A stretch of DNA of 62,933 nucleotides, filler included, from Nemertoderma westbladi (GCA_032718475.1; 3 parts of 3 records of this genome joined end to end with filler, not necessarily neighbours in it), one strand, 5' to 3'; shown: positions 10,810 through 24,805, counted from the first letter of the whole stretch. Translations and numbers: made by a program. The notes: a model not told the origin generated them from the sequence alone.

Positions 10810-12160
10810 CACAAACTCTATCCAGTAACCCATCGGAACCCTAAACTCTATCCACCAACCCATCGGAACCATAAACTCTATCCACCAACCCATCGGAACC
10901 ATAAACTCTATCCACCAACCCATCGGAACTATAAACTCTATCCACCAACCCATCGGAACCATCAACTACATCCACCAACCCATCGGAACCATAATCTGTA
11001 TCCACCAACCCATCGGAACCATAAACTCTATCCACCAACACATCGGAACCCTAAACTCTTTCCACCAACCCATCGGAACCATAAACTCTATCCACCAACC
11101 CATCGGAACCATAAACTCTATCCACCAACACATCGGAACCCTAAACTCTATCCACCAACCCATCGGAACCATAAACTCTATCCACTAACCCATCGGAACC
11201 CAAAACTCTATACACCAACCCATCGGAACCATAAACTCTATCCGCCAACCCATCGGAACCATAAACTCTATCCACCAACCCATCGGAACCATAAACTCTA
11301 TCCACCAACCCATCGGAACCATAAACTCTATCCACCAACCCATCGGAACCATCAACTACATCCAGTAACCCATCGGAACCATAAACTCTATCCACCAACC
11401 CATCGGAACCATAAACTCTATCCACCAACACATCGGAACCCTAAACTCTTTCCACCAACCCATCGGAACCATAAACTCTATCCACCAACCCATCGGAACC
11501 ATAAACTCTATCCACCAACACATCGGAACCCTAAACTCTATCCACCAACCCATCGGAACCATAAACTCTATCCACCAACCCATCGGAACCATAAACTCTA
11601 TCCACCAACACATCGGAACCCTAAACTTTTTCCACCAACCCATCGGAACCATAAACTCTATCCACCAACCCATCGGAACCATAAACTCTGTCCAGTAATC
11701 TATCGGAACCATAAACTCTATCCACCAACCCTTCGGAACCATAAACTCTATCCACCAACCCAACGGAACCATAAACTCTATCCACCAACCCATCGGAACC
11801 TTAAAATCTATCCACCAACCCATCGGAACCATAAACTCAATCCACCAACCCATCGGAACCATAAACTCTATCCACCGACCCATCGGAACCATAACCTCTA
11901 TCCACCAACCCATTGGAACCATAACCTCTATCCACCAACCCATCGGGAACCATAACCTCTATCCACCAACCCATCGGAACCATAAACTCTATCCACCAAC
12001 CCATCGGAACCATAACCTCTATCCACAAACCCATCGGAACCATAACCTCTATCCACCAACCCATCGGGAACCATAAACTCTATCCACCAAACCATCGGAA
12101 CCATAAACTATATCCACTAACCCATCGGAACTATAAACTCTGTCCACTAAACTATCGGAG
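10810..12160 (+). repeat. 30-bp minisatellite (CATCGGAACCATAAACTCTATCCACCAACC), ~45 copies, within a putative exon 10802-12198
   Basis: Tandem units are visible. Acceptor TTATTTTATAG (10801) lies upstream and donor CTG|GTAAGT (12199) downstream. Confidence 0.9.
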
Positions 12161-12454
12161 TTATAAGATTTGGCAACTGACATGGATCTTAATTACTGGT
12201 AAGTAATAATTATACGATTTTTTTGCCTTTGCTTGGTCACAGTGCAAACCTATCATCGAAAATTCGTCAATAAACATATTTCTATACATTAAACTATGAT
12301 ATACTAGATATATAGTATATTGTCACAGTAATATAAATTAAATGAAACTAAAACATGAGTAGACTAGACTATGTCACTAATACATACTACTAGGACGAGA
12401 GAGAATGGACTGGACAGTTGAACTGAGATTTTTTCATAGTTGTCGCAATTTCGT

Positions 12455-12600
12455 TTCTCTCAAGTTCAGTATCCCTTTCAAGTTGGTCTTTATATGTTAT
12501 AGCAGGTCGTCCACGCATACACTTTCATTGTGATGGTTGCCAGAAAAGCAGATCTGGTATTAAGACCTCATGTTTACTTCTCCAGAAGTGCCCACTGAAT
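12455..12600 (-). mobile_element. Decayed 3' fragment of an RTE-like LINE
   Basis: The minus strand translates LLFWQPSQ*KCMRGRPAITYKTNLKGDTEL, resembling the RTE-type ORF2 C-terminus (W-P...RGRP...DTGL). Confidence 0.45.
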
Positions 12601-13076
12601 CTTAATCTGCATTCACGGGGGTTGTGTGGTTGATAAATGTGTTATATGTCATATTGTTGACATATGTTCGTATTGTCATATTGTTATCTCCAGGGTTATG
12701 TTTATCATTAATGTTTCATTTTTCTGATAGAACGACATTTTATTATTCCTAATTTATTTATAGATTAAGAATTTAACCGCAAAAAGAAACACAATTTAAA
12801 TAATTTAATAAATTAAATGAAGGAACTTGACTATTCCGTGTAACTTATGATGATTCGCCATTTACAAACTCCAGATGGTCGCCACTATCTCACTAAACAT
12901 TAAAGTAAGTGTAGCATCCATTCATAAAATAAACACTGACTTTTTTACTTAGATCTTTATAATGGTATAGCACCGGTATTGGTTTCTTCTATTAAATAAC
13001 AACAGCAGACTAGTTAGTGTTTATTAAGTTGCACAGAGTTTGTTAAACTCAGCTGTTAGTTGGTACGCGAACACGA

Positions 13077-13420
13077 ATCGGAACGAACTGAACCGAACTG
13101 GATAGAAAGTGTGGCGAACTGGACCGAACTGAACCGAACTGGATCGAAAGTGTGGCGAACTGGACCGAACTGAACCGAACTGGATGGAAAGTGTGGCGAA
13201 CTGGACCGAACTGAACCGAACTGGATTGGAAGTGTGGCAAACTGGACCGAACTGAACCGAACTGGATCGAAAGTGTGGCGAAATGGACCGAACTGGACCG
13301 CCAAATGAAAGATAATTTAAAAACAACAATCCATGCAGACAGGTGAAAATTAATATTGAATTTCATTTGGTCTTTTCATACATAATAAATTTAGTTGCGT
13401 ATAAAATGTCGCTAAATTAA
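13077..13420. repeat. Tandem repeat (GAACTGGACCGAACTGAACCGAACTGGATCGAAAGTGTGGC) plus flank; inverted copy at 22370-22615
   Basis: About five ~41-bp units. The adjacent CCAAATGAAAGATAATTTAAAAACAACAATCCATG is reverse-complemented at ~22455-22490. Confidence 0.85.
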
Positions 13421-15127
13421 GATTACTCTTACCAGTTTAGGCCTACCGGTAGCACGTATCTGGGTTTATAGATTGCAGTATTTTGTGTTCTGGTAGTTGT
13501 GTTCAATGCAGCAATGACAGACTATACAGGAGGACGAATTACAGTTACTATAGGCCTAGCCTATGTAACAAATGCAGGAATGTCATTTAATAAAAAGATA
13601 CCCGTGTGGGGCTTCGTTCAGTCACAACTAAGTGGCTTAAATTATATTTAGATAGATTTATTTATATATTATGCAAAACAATAGAAACCCATACATTAAT
13701 TAACTCGATACAATTGATGTATAGTACGTATTGCCCAACATAACATAAAGGATAACCCCTAAGTGTAGGGGCTTCCAGAGCTATGAGGTAAACCCCCTCG
13801 AAAGAATAAGTCGTCCTACTCGGTTAGAACGCATACTAACTAACCATTTCGGAGTCTGCATATACCGTAGTTTGTTTAGGCTTGATAGTAGTCTGTCAGT
13901 ATTTGGTCTGCATTTTTTTTGAGTAGTCTGTACGCGTAGCGTAATATTTATTATTCAGAGTTTATGCGCTTATTCGCAACATTCATATCCCCAAGTTTAT
14001 TCCTACAGTAATTGTGCTTGTTATATATACCGTTATAGTTAAACTAACCCCGGTACTACATCAGGGCTGCTTGGCGTAGGTAAAGACTGGTGATTTTGTG
14101 CCCCGGTCACTCCAGCAGATACCGTGGTTCTTTTAGCTGTTCAAGTATTTTTAACTACTGATTATTTGTTGTATAAGTACTTGTACCTAATTTAGGGTTT
14201 AGTGTACAGTGCTTTCCGAAGGTAATTAGTGTGTAGGCAGTATATTTGTGTTGTAAAGTGGTTAATAGGCACGCTGGTTCTGGTAGACCGCGGTAATTAA
14301 CTTCTAGGTAGGAACACTCCGTGATACATAACGTAGTACTTATAGCGATACGGCTATAAGTCGTCAGACGGTGGTATTTTTCCTATCTGGACAACGCAGT
14401 ATATTTACTACTACTTATTATTTTCAAATACCGTAGTACCCTGTTCGTTGTAATAACCAGATATTCTAACCCTTTGTTAGGCTGGTTTGTAGACTTCTTG
14501 TAAAATTACCCTAAAATTTCGTACGTGTAATTTTTGTGTTTATTAAGAGATTGTAATCTCACCCCGAATTGTACGTAATTTGTAGTATTAAGTAACTTAG
14601 GTAAATTAGAATTATTTGTTTTAGTGTCCAACAAGTAGCACTTCACTGAGAGCGCACAGCTTCTGTGTAGTGACTCCCCCCAGAAATAATAACATTTATT
14701 TGAAATATTGACAAAACCCATTAAACGGGTATATATATTATAAATCAACTCAAACGATTTATAAATAGTAGGCCTGCCATACAACAATTAGGTCTAAATA
14801 TCAGTTGGACTACTGCTTAAATAACGGTAATAAAGTAAGTTAAAGTAACCAAGAAACCCCTGAAATTTCAGAAATTCAATTATTCTAAAATAATTGACAT
14901 ATCGGTATTTACCATAGGCTTATTATATTTATTTATAAATTTAGGCTGAAATTATACCGGTATTCTGTAATTAATTCTAGTTCATAATTATACTTATATA
15001 TACTATAAGTGTAAGCTGCATACCGGTATTCACGATAGGCCTATTATATATTTATATATATTTGTGCTGAAATTACCTACCGGTATTCTGTGACAAACCT
15101 AGTCTGTAATAATACTTATATATACTA

Positions 15128-17355
15128 CAGTCCCGCTCTCAAAAAGCATTCCTTTGATCAAACATTGATCAAACTTTGATCAAACATTGATCAAAGTTTG
15201 ATCAAAATGTGTCCATAGAATATCATTGAAAGTAGCATTGACATTGAAATGACATTGATGGCATATTGAAATGACCTTGAAATCGACGCACCGAAATTCC
15301 AGACTTTCTGTCTCATATTGAAATGACATTGAAATGATTTCAAGGTAACAGTTTACATCTCTCAACTGCGGCAAGCCTTTGAACTCAGATTCCCGCCGAG
15401 AACTGGCTTTTGTTAATGGCCAAGTCGCTATGTGATTGACAGGGCAGTGGATGGAGCTTGCTTGACTTTGTGGATGGACCGCGATTGGATTTACATGGCA
15501 GTGTTGTGGTAGTGTCCCAGACTGAGTCTTGTTCTTGTAGGGCAGGGCCTATTATTACACTAACAACTAGTTCAGAAAAACATCCTTTGGAATATTTTTA
15601 AATTATTGTTATATTAGAAATTAGTTTCAATGTTCCTTAAATCAGAATCAAGGCCAAAGACCTCCATTGACGTAGCAGCGCGATGGCTGCCGTTGCATTG
15701 CATTTGCTTATACAGTAATTGTGTAAATTCGACAAGCTTCCTTCCTGCCCCTGTCTCTAATTATACTAATAAATGTAAATAAAGAAATAAATAAATCCGA
15801 GCGCTAGCGCCAGCGCACCCCCTAAAATACCTTCTAAAAATGTACGTAATTTAATTTTAATACTCTGATAAGGTAATTTTATTGAAAATATCATTTGTTT
15901 TAAAGTAAACTATGTTATGTACATCATTAGTTACGTATTTTTTAATTCAGATTAACGTATTGTAATTATAATTTTTTAAATATTAAAAATCAAATTGGGT
16001 TAGTAATACTTATTAAATTATGCTCATTCATTTTTAATTAATGGAGGGTTTTAACCATCCGGCCGACAAACCACACTTTTGCTCACAGGTCGTTGTAAGA
16101 CAAAAGGACTAGGCATCAATATAAATAACCCCAGTGATCCCATCCCCTCTCTTGTTGTGGACTATGACTATATCATTGTACAAGCTGCGGACCTGCACAC
16201 CCCCCCCCCCCCCCATTATAATGTATTGTAGCCATTAGTATTGTTTAGGACACATTACTACCTGCATAGTTCCTTTGCGACTAGGTCAGCTCAGTGCCAG
16301 GAGGCCAATCTCTTTGGTTGGCGGCCTCCTGTGTGTGGGTTAGTTGGCTGTCTAATTTCTTGGGAAGACTTTATAGTAAATTTCGAAATTTCGGGGAATT
16401 CCATTCCACAGCAGATAATTGGTTTTACATGCTGGGGCAGCATAAGCTAAGAGCCATTACACATGCTATGCCTTTACTTTGTTAGTGGTCTGTCGCTGTC
16501 GGCACCCCAAGCTAATAATATACAGCAAATATGTAGCACGGAGACCGCTGACTCCTTTACTCCCTATGACATAATTAGTTGTGACTCGAATCAATTATTT
16601 CTCCTCACAAGAAAGCAACGTATTTCCCACTTGTGGCCAGCCAGAAGGCCACAATGTCAACTGATATAATAATACCAAGGGATATTCTTATATTACCCCC
16701 CCCCCCCCCCCCCCCCCCCCCTTTAGAAAAATGCCTTTGTTTCAGAAAATTTGGAATGTGGATCTTTAATATATATATATATTATTTTTTTTCTCATTTC
16801 AACTGGAAAGACTTCAGTATGCTTTCATATGGCCTCCCCCTCGGTACGCTAGTGCCTCCCCCCCCCCCATTCTAATGTATTGTAGCCATCCACCCAACAC
16901 ATTGCGTAACTCAGAATTAAACTCCACACAGCCCATACCCGCCCTTGCTTTCATTACCACCACACCGCCAAGTGGAGATTCAATTGCGGCTGTTATTTTC
17001 TGATAATCGCTGTAAATTATTATAACCTAGGCGGTCCGGTTTAAATAACGGCTATAGCCTACAAACCTATGGTATGATATGGACGTGGTGTCCTGTGTGC
17101 TCTGCAGACATCCTACAGAGCACATGGAGCATTACACACACAGAGCAGGAGAGAGAGAGAGAGAGAGAGTTAGGGCTGCTTGATTGACACACAGCTCAGT
17201 GGGAATCTAGACTTTGAAGTGCAGCGCCTTTGGTAGAACTCAATGGCAGGATTTATAAGCCTGATACATTTCAATATTTGATCAAACTTTGATCAATGTT
17301 TGATCAAAGTTTGATCAATGTTTGATCAAAGGAATGCTTTTTGAGAGCGGGACTG
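15128..17355. mobile_element. Non-autonomous Tc1/mariner-like element, ~80-bp TIRs, TA TSD
   Basis: TA|CAGTCCCGCTCTCAAAAAGCATTCCTTTGATCAAAC...GTTTGATCAAAGGAATGCTTTTTGAGAGCGGGACTG|TA. TIRs are essentially perfect. No transposase ORF. Confidence 0.85.
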
Positions 17356-17762
17356 TATAAGCATACCGGTATTCTAATATATTATATATATATCACGCTA
17401 CACTGAGTAGCAGTATCTGTAATTAATTACTAGGCTAACAGTGATACTGAATTACTAGACTTGCTTAAACTGTAATATAGCAGTAGGCATTCAACTGTAC
17501 AAACCAATATGTCTGACACAAAGCAAAACCTGTCAGACAGTCTCCTAGATACAACCATATGTGACCCAGACAGGAGTGTGGAACGTGTGGGACCGAAGTT
17601 CAACTCACCTCCTACTGTAAGAAAGATCATCCCTCCAGTAGTAATATCAGACCCTAGGCTAGTCCAACATCGTAGGTCTATCATAGGCACTGCAGCTTAT
17701 TTCCAAGGCAAGGGGTCCTCCAAGTTACTCGGTTACCAAAACAAACTAAACTAACTATATAG

Positions 17763-20135
17763 TAGGGTGGAGTGAAAAATTTTTTTTTCTTTATTTTTAA
17801 GGGAAGCACTATTTTTCTGATGCCAAATTGGTCTAAACTAACTTTGCAAAAAAAAATTTTTGATTTCAAAAAATTCTAAGCGGGCCTCACGACACTTGAA
17901 AATTTCAAATTTTTGAGAAGGCAATGCCAGTTTTGAAAATCTCAGATATTTTGTATTTTTGATAAAAGTTAAGGAAGATGCAAATATTTAATGTCAAATA
18001 GGTTGGAAACAAACACAAAATGTGAAATTGTGATTTTCATATAAATCTACCCCAGGCTCATGGCCTTCAAAATTTTGCAAAATTTGCCAAATTTCACCCT
18101 TAAAATACAGTAAACCTACTTCGTAGTCTCTATAGTTGAAATCAATTTACTGGGGTTTGGAGTTCTTCCTGAGTGAAAACCAAGTCCCCTGATTTAATCA
18201 CAATTATATTTCAATACTAGAAACCCAGCTAGTTGGCTGTGAATTTACCTTTGGATCAAATTCCCAATACGTACAGTATATTATAAACAACAGTAGGTAT
18301 AGGAAGAAGGATAATTCTAAATTAGTACACTAGAAAAACAGATGATAAACACTGTAATGCACCCGGAAAAAGTAAAAATATTGATCAACTGGAAATTTAA
18401 TACATGTATTACACTGAATTGGTAATCTTAAATGTACTCCTCGCATAGCACACCATTAAGTAATCTACGTAAAACATAGGGACAACTATAAACTGTCCAG
18501 AAAATGGTGAAAAAATGATTGGCATTAAATAGCATTAAATTTTAACTAATATGCTGCTAAAAAAATAAGTTGAAAGTGTCTAATACTACAAAGAAACCAT
18601 TGTTGCCCGGCAACCAAGGAACAGTAACCAATCAGCATGCATTTCAACAGTTTTACTGGTCAGCCGGTAAAGGCACATTAATGGTGTATTCTGGTATTTA
18701 GTGTATTCCAGTATTCAAGTATTGTTAGTGTTGGATCTTGTCATCTGCTAAATGTTGAACAGTTAAAGTGCAGATGTTGTGGTATTTAATATTAAGACAG
18801 CAAGAGGGCCACAGTTAGGTCCTACCTACAGAGATACTGTAGTGAAGTGGCATACCAGTGTGGCTAGAAGCGCGGATGCAAGATCTAGAACACATCACAC
18901 ATGATTTTCTAGTCAGTTCGGTTTTCTGGTATGAATGGTATCCTTAATAAATACCACAACTTCTGCACTTCAACTGCCAACATTTAGCAGATGAATTGAT
19001 CTAACACTAACAATACTGGAATACACTATGTAATACCAGAATACAGAAACACTGGTACTACTGGCTGACCAGTAAAACAAGGATAGTGCTGAACTGCATG
19101 CTGATTATTTCTTCTTTCACCTACAGTAGTATTATTAGCAGCATATCAAGCAAACAGTTGAGGCGACCCGAAGGCTCCTCTTTCGATAGATGCTACCGAG
19201 GGTAGGGGTTGGCGCTACTATTATCCCAAGATTTGCTCCCAGTTATTTAACTGGTACTCAATTTATCGACCCCAGTGGATGAAAGGCAGCTGAGTGGACC
19301 CTGGTGGGGCTGAACCTACAACCATCGATTGCAGGTCTGGAGCTCAGCCAATTGAGCTACCCCGCTTTCTAGCGAAATATAGGTAAAATTTCACTGTTGT
19401 CCAGAGGGTTTATAGTGTTTTCCCTATGTTTTACTGAGATTACTTAACGTGTACATTTAAGATTACCAATTCAGTGTAATCGATGCATTAAATTTCCTGT
19501 TGATCAATCATTTTAATGTTTTCCGGGTGCTTTACAGTGTTTTTCATATGTTTTTCTAGTGTTTTACTAGTGTTTTCCTAATTTAGAATTATCCTTCTTC
19601 CTAGACCTAGGCCTACTGTTGTTTATAATATTGGGAATTTGATCCAAAGGCAAATTCACAGCCAGCTAGCTGGGTTTCTAGTATTGAAATATAGTTGTGA
19701 TCAAATCAGGGGACTTGGTTTTCACTCAGGAATAACTCCAAACCCCAGTAAATCGATTTCAACTATACAGACTACGAAGTAGGTTTGCTGTATTTTTAGG
19801 GCTAAATTTGGCAAATTTTGCAAAATTTTAAACGCCATGAGGCTGGGGTAGATTTATAGGAAAATCACAATTTCACATTTTGTGTTTGTTTCCAACCTAT
19901 TTGACATTAAATATTTGCATCTTCCTTAACTTTTATCAAAAATACAAAATATCTAAGAATTTCAAAACTGGCATTGCCTTCCCAAAAATTTGAAATTTTC
20001 AAGTGTCGTGAGGCCCGCTTAGAATTTTTCAAAATCAAAAATTTTTTTTTGCAAAGTTAGTTTAGACCGATTTGGCATCAGAAAAATAGTGCTTCCCTTA
20101 AAAGTAAAGAAAAAAAATTTTTTCACTCCACCCTA
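17763..20135. mobile_element. 2.4-kb foldback element, hAT-like (TAGGG ends, 8-bp flank CTATATAG)
   Basis: Arms of about 700 bp are highly similar in reverse complement. Diverged symmetry continues inward (18650-18790 vs 18948-19078). CTATATAG is on both sides, but it is self-complementary, so the TSD call is ambiguous. Confidence 0.85.
19150..19368 (-). mobile_element. tRNA-derived SINE inserted in the foldback arm
   Basis: Minus strand: A-box-like GGTAGCTCAATTGG, B-box-like GGTTCAGCCCC, then the central CCTTTCATCCACTGGGTCGATAAATTGAGTACCAG segment typical of conserved-domain SINEs. It has no mirror in the opposite arm. Confidence 0.65.
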
Positions 20136-22369
20136 CTATATAGACTAATTATATAATAAGAGATACAAGAATACTGAATAAGAATTTGAAATTTTGATTA
20201 ATTTTGATTAATTTTGATTTTAATTAGAATCAAATTTTGATTTTAATTAGAATCAAATTTTGATTTTATCAAATAAAAGTATTAAATATACCCCCGCCCC
20301 ATCCCAACGCCTTGATAGTGTAGTATAAATGTAGTACACAATACAATATAATAAAAATAGTACAGTATAATTCCTTATCGGGAACGCCGCTTCCATAATG
20401 GGCACGATGGACTCGACTACCGAGGGCCTCTACGACGTTATCGAGTAGTATAGTGTTGTTTGTATTTAATTATTTATTTAGATTTTTATTTAAATTTTTA
20501 TTTAATTTTCCTTTTTTAATTAAGTATCTTCTTAGTTTCTTTTTTTAGACGACCCTTAAGGTACTAAGCTACTATTTTTATTTTTTTATTTTTATCTCAC
20601 TTTAAACTCGCCCGTTTTAAACTCTACTTTTAACTTCCGGTTATAGGTACTGTATGATTGCCTAGATTTTACGTATAATTCTATTAATTTAAAGGACGGT
20701 GTTGACTCCCCCCAACTATTTGTTTTATATCTTACAGCCTTGGAGTTGTATAGGCGATATACTGGTAACATTCGTAACGTCCCGGCAGGTGAAATGCCAG
20801 ATATACCCGTTGCTCTATTGTATGAAGTACTAATTTACTATCAGTATTGCCTTAGTTCCTTATTTTAGTTCTAATGTAATCCGCCCTAGTCTATTGCATT
20901 GCAATGGTGCCGGGAACTGGAAAGCAAAAGGGTTGGCTGTATTGTAGGAAATAATTTACTAACTATGTTTACATTTACATCAATTATGGAGAATATTATT
21001 ATTATTATTATTATTTATAATTTTTCAATTATTTTAATGTATTATTAATATCATTATGATTTATTACTTCTAATTTAACGAAACGAAACGAAACGAAAAT
21101 TTAACGAAACGAAATAATTATTATTTCGTCTCGTTATTTACATGTATTTTTATTTAGTTTTTCGTTTCGTTATTGCCAAATCTGCTTTGTTTCGTTTTCG
21201 TTTCGTTATGCCATCCCTGCCTACAACTACTACACAACAACTTCAACACTAATATACTAAAATCAATATACAATAATCAGCCAGGTATTAATATAAAATA
21301 TTACTATATGTTACGACTTTCAAACATTCAATAATGATATATCAGATATGTGTTCGAGCTTTTATTAACTGTGTTCGTCTCTCAGAAGCAAAGACACTAA
21401 TCGAATTGCAATTAATACCGTCAAGGTTATGTTAGGGGGGAGGCCAGCTGATTGAATTCTAAGCACTGGGTCGTACCGATGTTTTATTTGTAAACCTTCA
21501 GATTTCCTCACTGTAACAAAATCATGTCTGTTTGTTCGTCTGTCTGACTGTCTGTTTGTCACACGAAAGGCTCCGAAACTATCCGGTCAATTGCGTTATT
21601 TTTCACCCTCCTGCAGTGTTTGGTCTGAAAGGGTGTATAAAGCAATTTTCAGAAAAATACAATCGTTAGTTTTTGTAAAAAATGAAATAAACGAAAAGTG
21701 CCATAGACACAATGGTAAAATAACACCAATAACAGCTGGTGTTCATGATGAATATATGTAATGGATTTATACTCAGGCTTAGTATAAAACGATGAGTTTG
21801 CCAAGATTATTGTACTTAGTAGACCCATACTGTTTGCTTAGGCCAAACTGCCTAAACTCCACTCCCTTACAAACTTGAAATTCTTCATAAGGTAGCATTA
21901 CTGTGTGTTAAATATTTTATACAGCTGATAGCTTTCTATGGTCGGTATGGGCGAATGTGAATTATTACTATTTTCAGGTGAATGAATTTTAGTACGGTAT
22001 TAATGTAGGCTTTCAACTCTAGTACTGTACTGTAGGTTAATAATAATGAATGGAGAGGGACCCGTCTACACTATGTTTGTCTATGGACGGCCTTTTTATA
22101 GCCAGCTAGCTGGCCTTTTTTTTTTTATATATTAACTGTGTACGTCTCTCAGAAGCAAAGACACCAAACGAATTGCAATAAATATCGAATTGCGGTGAAA
22201 ATTGCTTTATACAGAGCCCAGGACCACGCTGAATCCAATTGGTACTTTCCCCACATCGCGAGAGCCAGTAGTTTAGGAGGAGATAGAGGAACAAACAAAC
22301 ATACACAATTTGAGCTTTAGATATAGATGATCAATTTTATATATCTTGTATCTTATTTTAAACGCTAGG

Positions 22370-22615
22370 ACTTTAATTTAGCGATTTTAAACGCAACTAA
22401 ATTTACAATGCATGCAATGACTATATTAATTTCAATATTAATTTTTACCTGTCTCCATGGATTGTTGTTTTTAAATTATCTTTCATTTGGCGATCCAGTT
22501 TGCCACACTTTCGATTCAGTTCGGACCAGTTCGGTCCAGTTCGCCACACTTTCGATCCAGTTCGGTCCAGTTCGCCACACTTTCCATCCAGTTCGGTCCA
22601 GTTTGGTCCAGATCC
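22370..22615. repeat. Inverted copy of the 13077-13420 repeat
   Basis: CCAGTTCGGTCCAGTTCGCCACACTTTCGAT units and a shared flank. Confidence 0.8.
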
Positions 22616-24412
22616 GTGTAGAGTACTATCCCTGTTAGTTAAGCTAATGAAAATATAAAATATTAAATGATAATATTATTTCATTTTTTGTTATATTTCA
22701 GACAACTATCTAGAATATTTATAAATCACAACTCAATGAAATAAACTCAAAATCTCAAAAAAATTATCAAGACATTCAATATATGTCACCCCATCTATAT
22801 GGTGGTGCAGAATCGATATATTAAGGTGATTGAGTTGAAAAACCAACCTCCAAAACTAAATCTGTGTTTGTAAGAATGTCTCTGTTTAGAACGTTAAAAA
22901 TACTTAACAGATAAAAATTACGATTATATTAAATTTAGATGAGTGAAAAATTGAATTAACGAATTCGTTAAAAATTCATTGTTAGATTAACTATTCTATT
23001 TTTTATATGATGTCATAATATTTTTACGTTTTAATTTGTTTCAGATAAGTATTACCTTCAACTTCAGTTCAAATCTGACAGTTTATTATTTACATAGAGA
23101 TGTTTAACATATCTTATATTCGAACTAGACAAACAATATACCAAATTATTTATATGGAGTGGCATCTTCGTTATATTAAGGTGAGTTACATTGAGTCACA
23201 AAGGCCTATATAACTAATTTTGGTTTTCTGTCAGGAAGAAAAATGTCGCCTTTTCAGATAATTAGATGCTCCAGGGGAAAGTAAACGCAAATAACAGCTG
23301 ATCACTCCCAAATATAAAAACTGTAACCTGTTCTGTTGAGTGTCGTATATTGTTTTGGTTAAAATAAGGTGATACTGTAACCTGCTCATTTCCACAAATT
23401 GAGAATATAACATTGTGGAAGTTATTATTTTGGCTATATACGATTTGCGTCCAGCCCCCCCCCCCCCCCCCCCCCCTGTCTCATCCTTTTAGAATGATAG
23501 AAATGCTACTCAAAATAATTATTAATATACTATTTCAATAAAATACGAATTATTATATGGAACTCCATATTATGTTAGCGGTATTGCACCGTCGTCGCCG
23601 TATTTTCTATTGATTGTGCTGAAATTTGTCTACCAGAACTAATCTTATATACATATCAGCTATTATTAACAACGATAAACCAATAACTCTTGTATTTTAC
23701 CAGCCTACGGCCTTCAGCCTTCATAGTCATTATAAACACGGCGATGCGTAGGAAACACGACAAGAGATTTACCCGGTCGGGATCCCACGCCAACTCGGAT
23801 CCCATCACATATTATTATATTATTTCTTTATTTACAGAATAACCGCGAATCAAAAAAGAAATCCTAATAAAGTAATCCAACCCTCTACAGAAAGAAGTTC
23901 AGATGTTGGAACGTCAAACTGTCCTAATTATTCCATTGAAGATCAGATCAAATGATTGAATAACATCAGTTCAATTCCGTATCTTACAGAATATTACATT
24001 TAGTTACAAAAAATAATTTAGAGTATTTTGTATTAATTTTAATTTATGGAATTTTCTAACTCTATTTATATAATAAATAATAACAAAGATTTATTAGTAT
24101 TTTCCATAGGGAGAGCTCGCAATGTTTGCTAAAATTAGATATAAAATAATTAATTTATATCAGATGTAAATACAATAATGATATAAATTTCTTTCAATTT
24201 ATTTCCATTTTAATTCGTTCTTGGTCGATATTATTCCCATATTATCTGTATTGTGTATTCGAGTAATACCTGTGTATCTGCTACGTCCCTTTGGTAGACA
24301 CAAACCTGGTCCATCCACTAATAAAACGTTTTAATTATAACTCAGAGGTTCCCATTGGTTATATTATTAACCAATCGGTTCTTTAACCAATAAAACATTG
24401 GTTTACAATGAG

Positions 24413-24774
24413 TGTAACGGAGTTGGTTCCCATTCAGAACTACTATAATGTTATATGTTTATCTAATCTATTCTAATTATCTCGGTCCCACTGTGGCTGG
24501 TTGTGGTTTCCCTAAAGTTACCCGACAACCCTATGTCATTGTACGTCCGTCCGTGTTACTAAACTATCAACTCTGTTTGGACAATCGCACTCCATTCTGC
24601 ATCCAAAATCTCCAGTTCAGCTATTTATATCCTTATAAAGGATATATTTAGCATTAATTAATTACAGCGATCAGTGGATTGGTTACAGACTTGTTCAGTA
24701 AACCCAGGGGGGTCTGTATTGGATACACAGGGTTCCTTCTCTATATACTTACATTCCTATATGGAACACTGACA
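24413..24774 (+). mobile_element. Possible solo LTR
   Basis: Begins TGTAAC and ends ACA. TATAAA at ~24634 and AGTAAA at ~24697. Flanks TGAG/TGAA form an imperfect 4-bp TSD. Confidence 0.35.
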
Positions 24775-24805
24775 TGAAACCAAATCAGATTTTCAGCTGT
24801 TGTAA

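Noticed and set aside
13564-14580. Possible solo LTR starting TGTAAC
   Set aside because: No convincing 3' end or TSD could be defined.
19290-19368. tRNA gene
   Set aside because: The T-arm is degenerate and it runs into a SINE body, so it is a SINE head.
23270-23400. Inverted match to 45570-45700 as the ends of a giant element
   Set aside because: The two sites are separated by an artificial gap, so this is better explained as a dispersed repeat.
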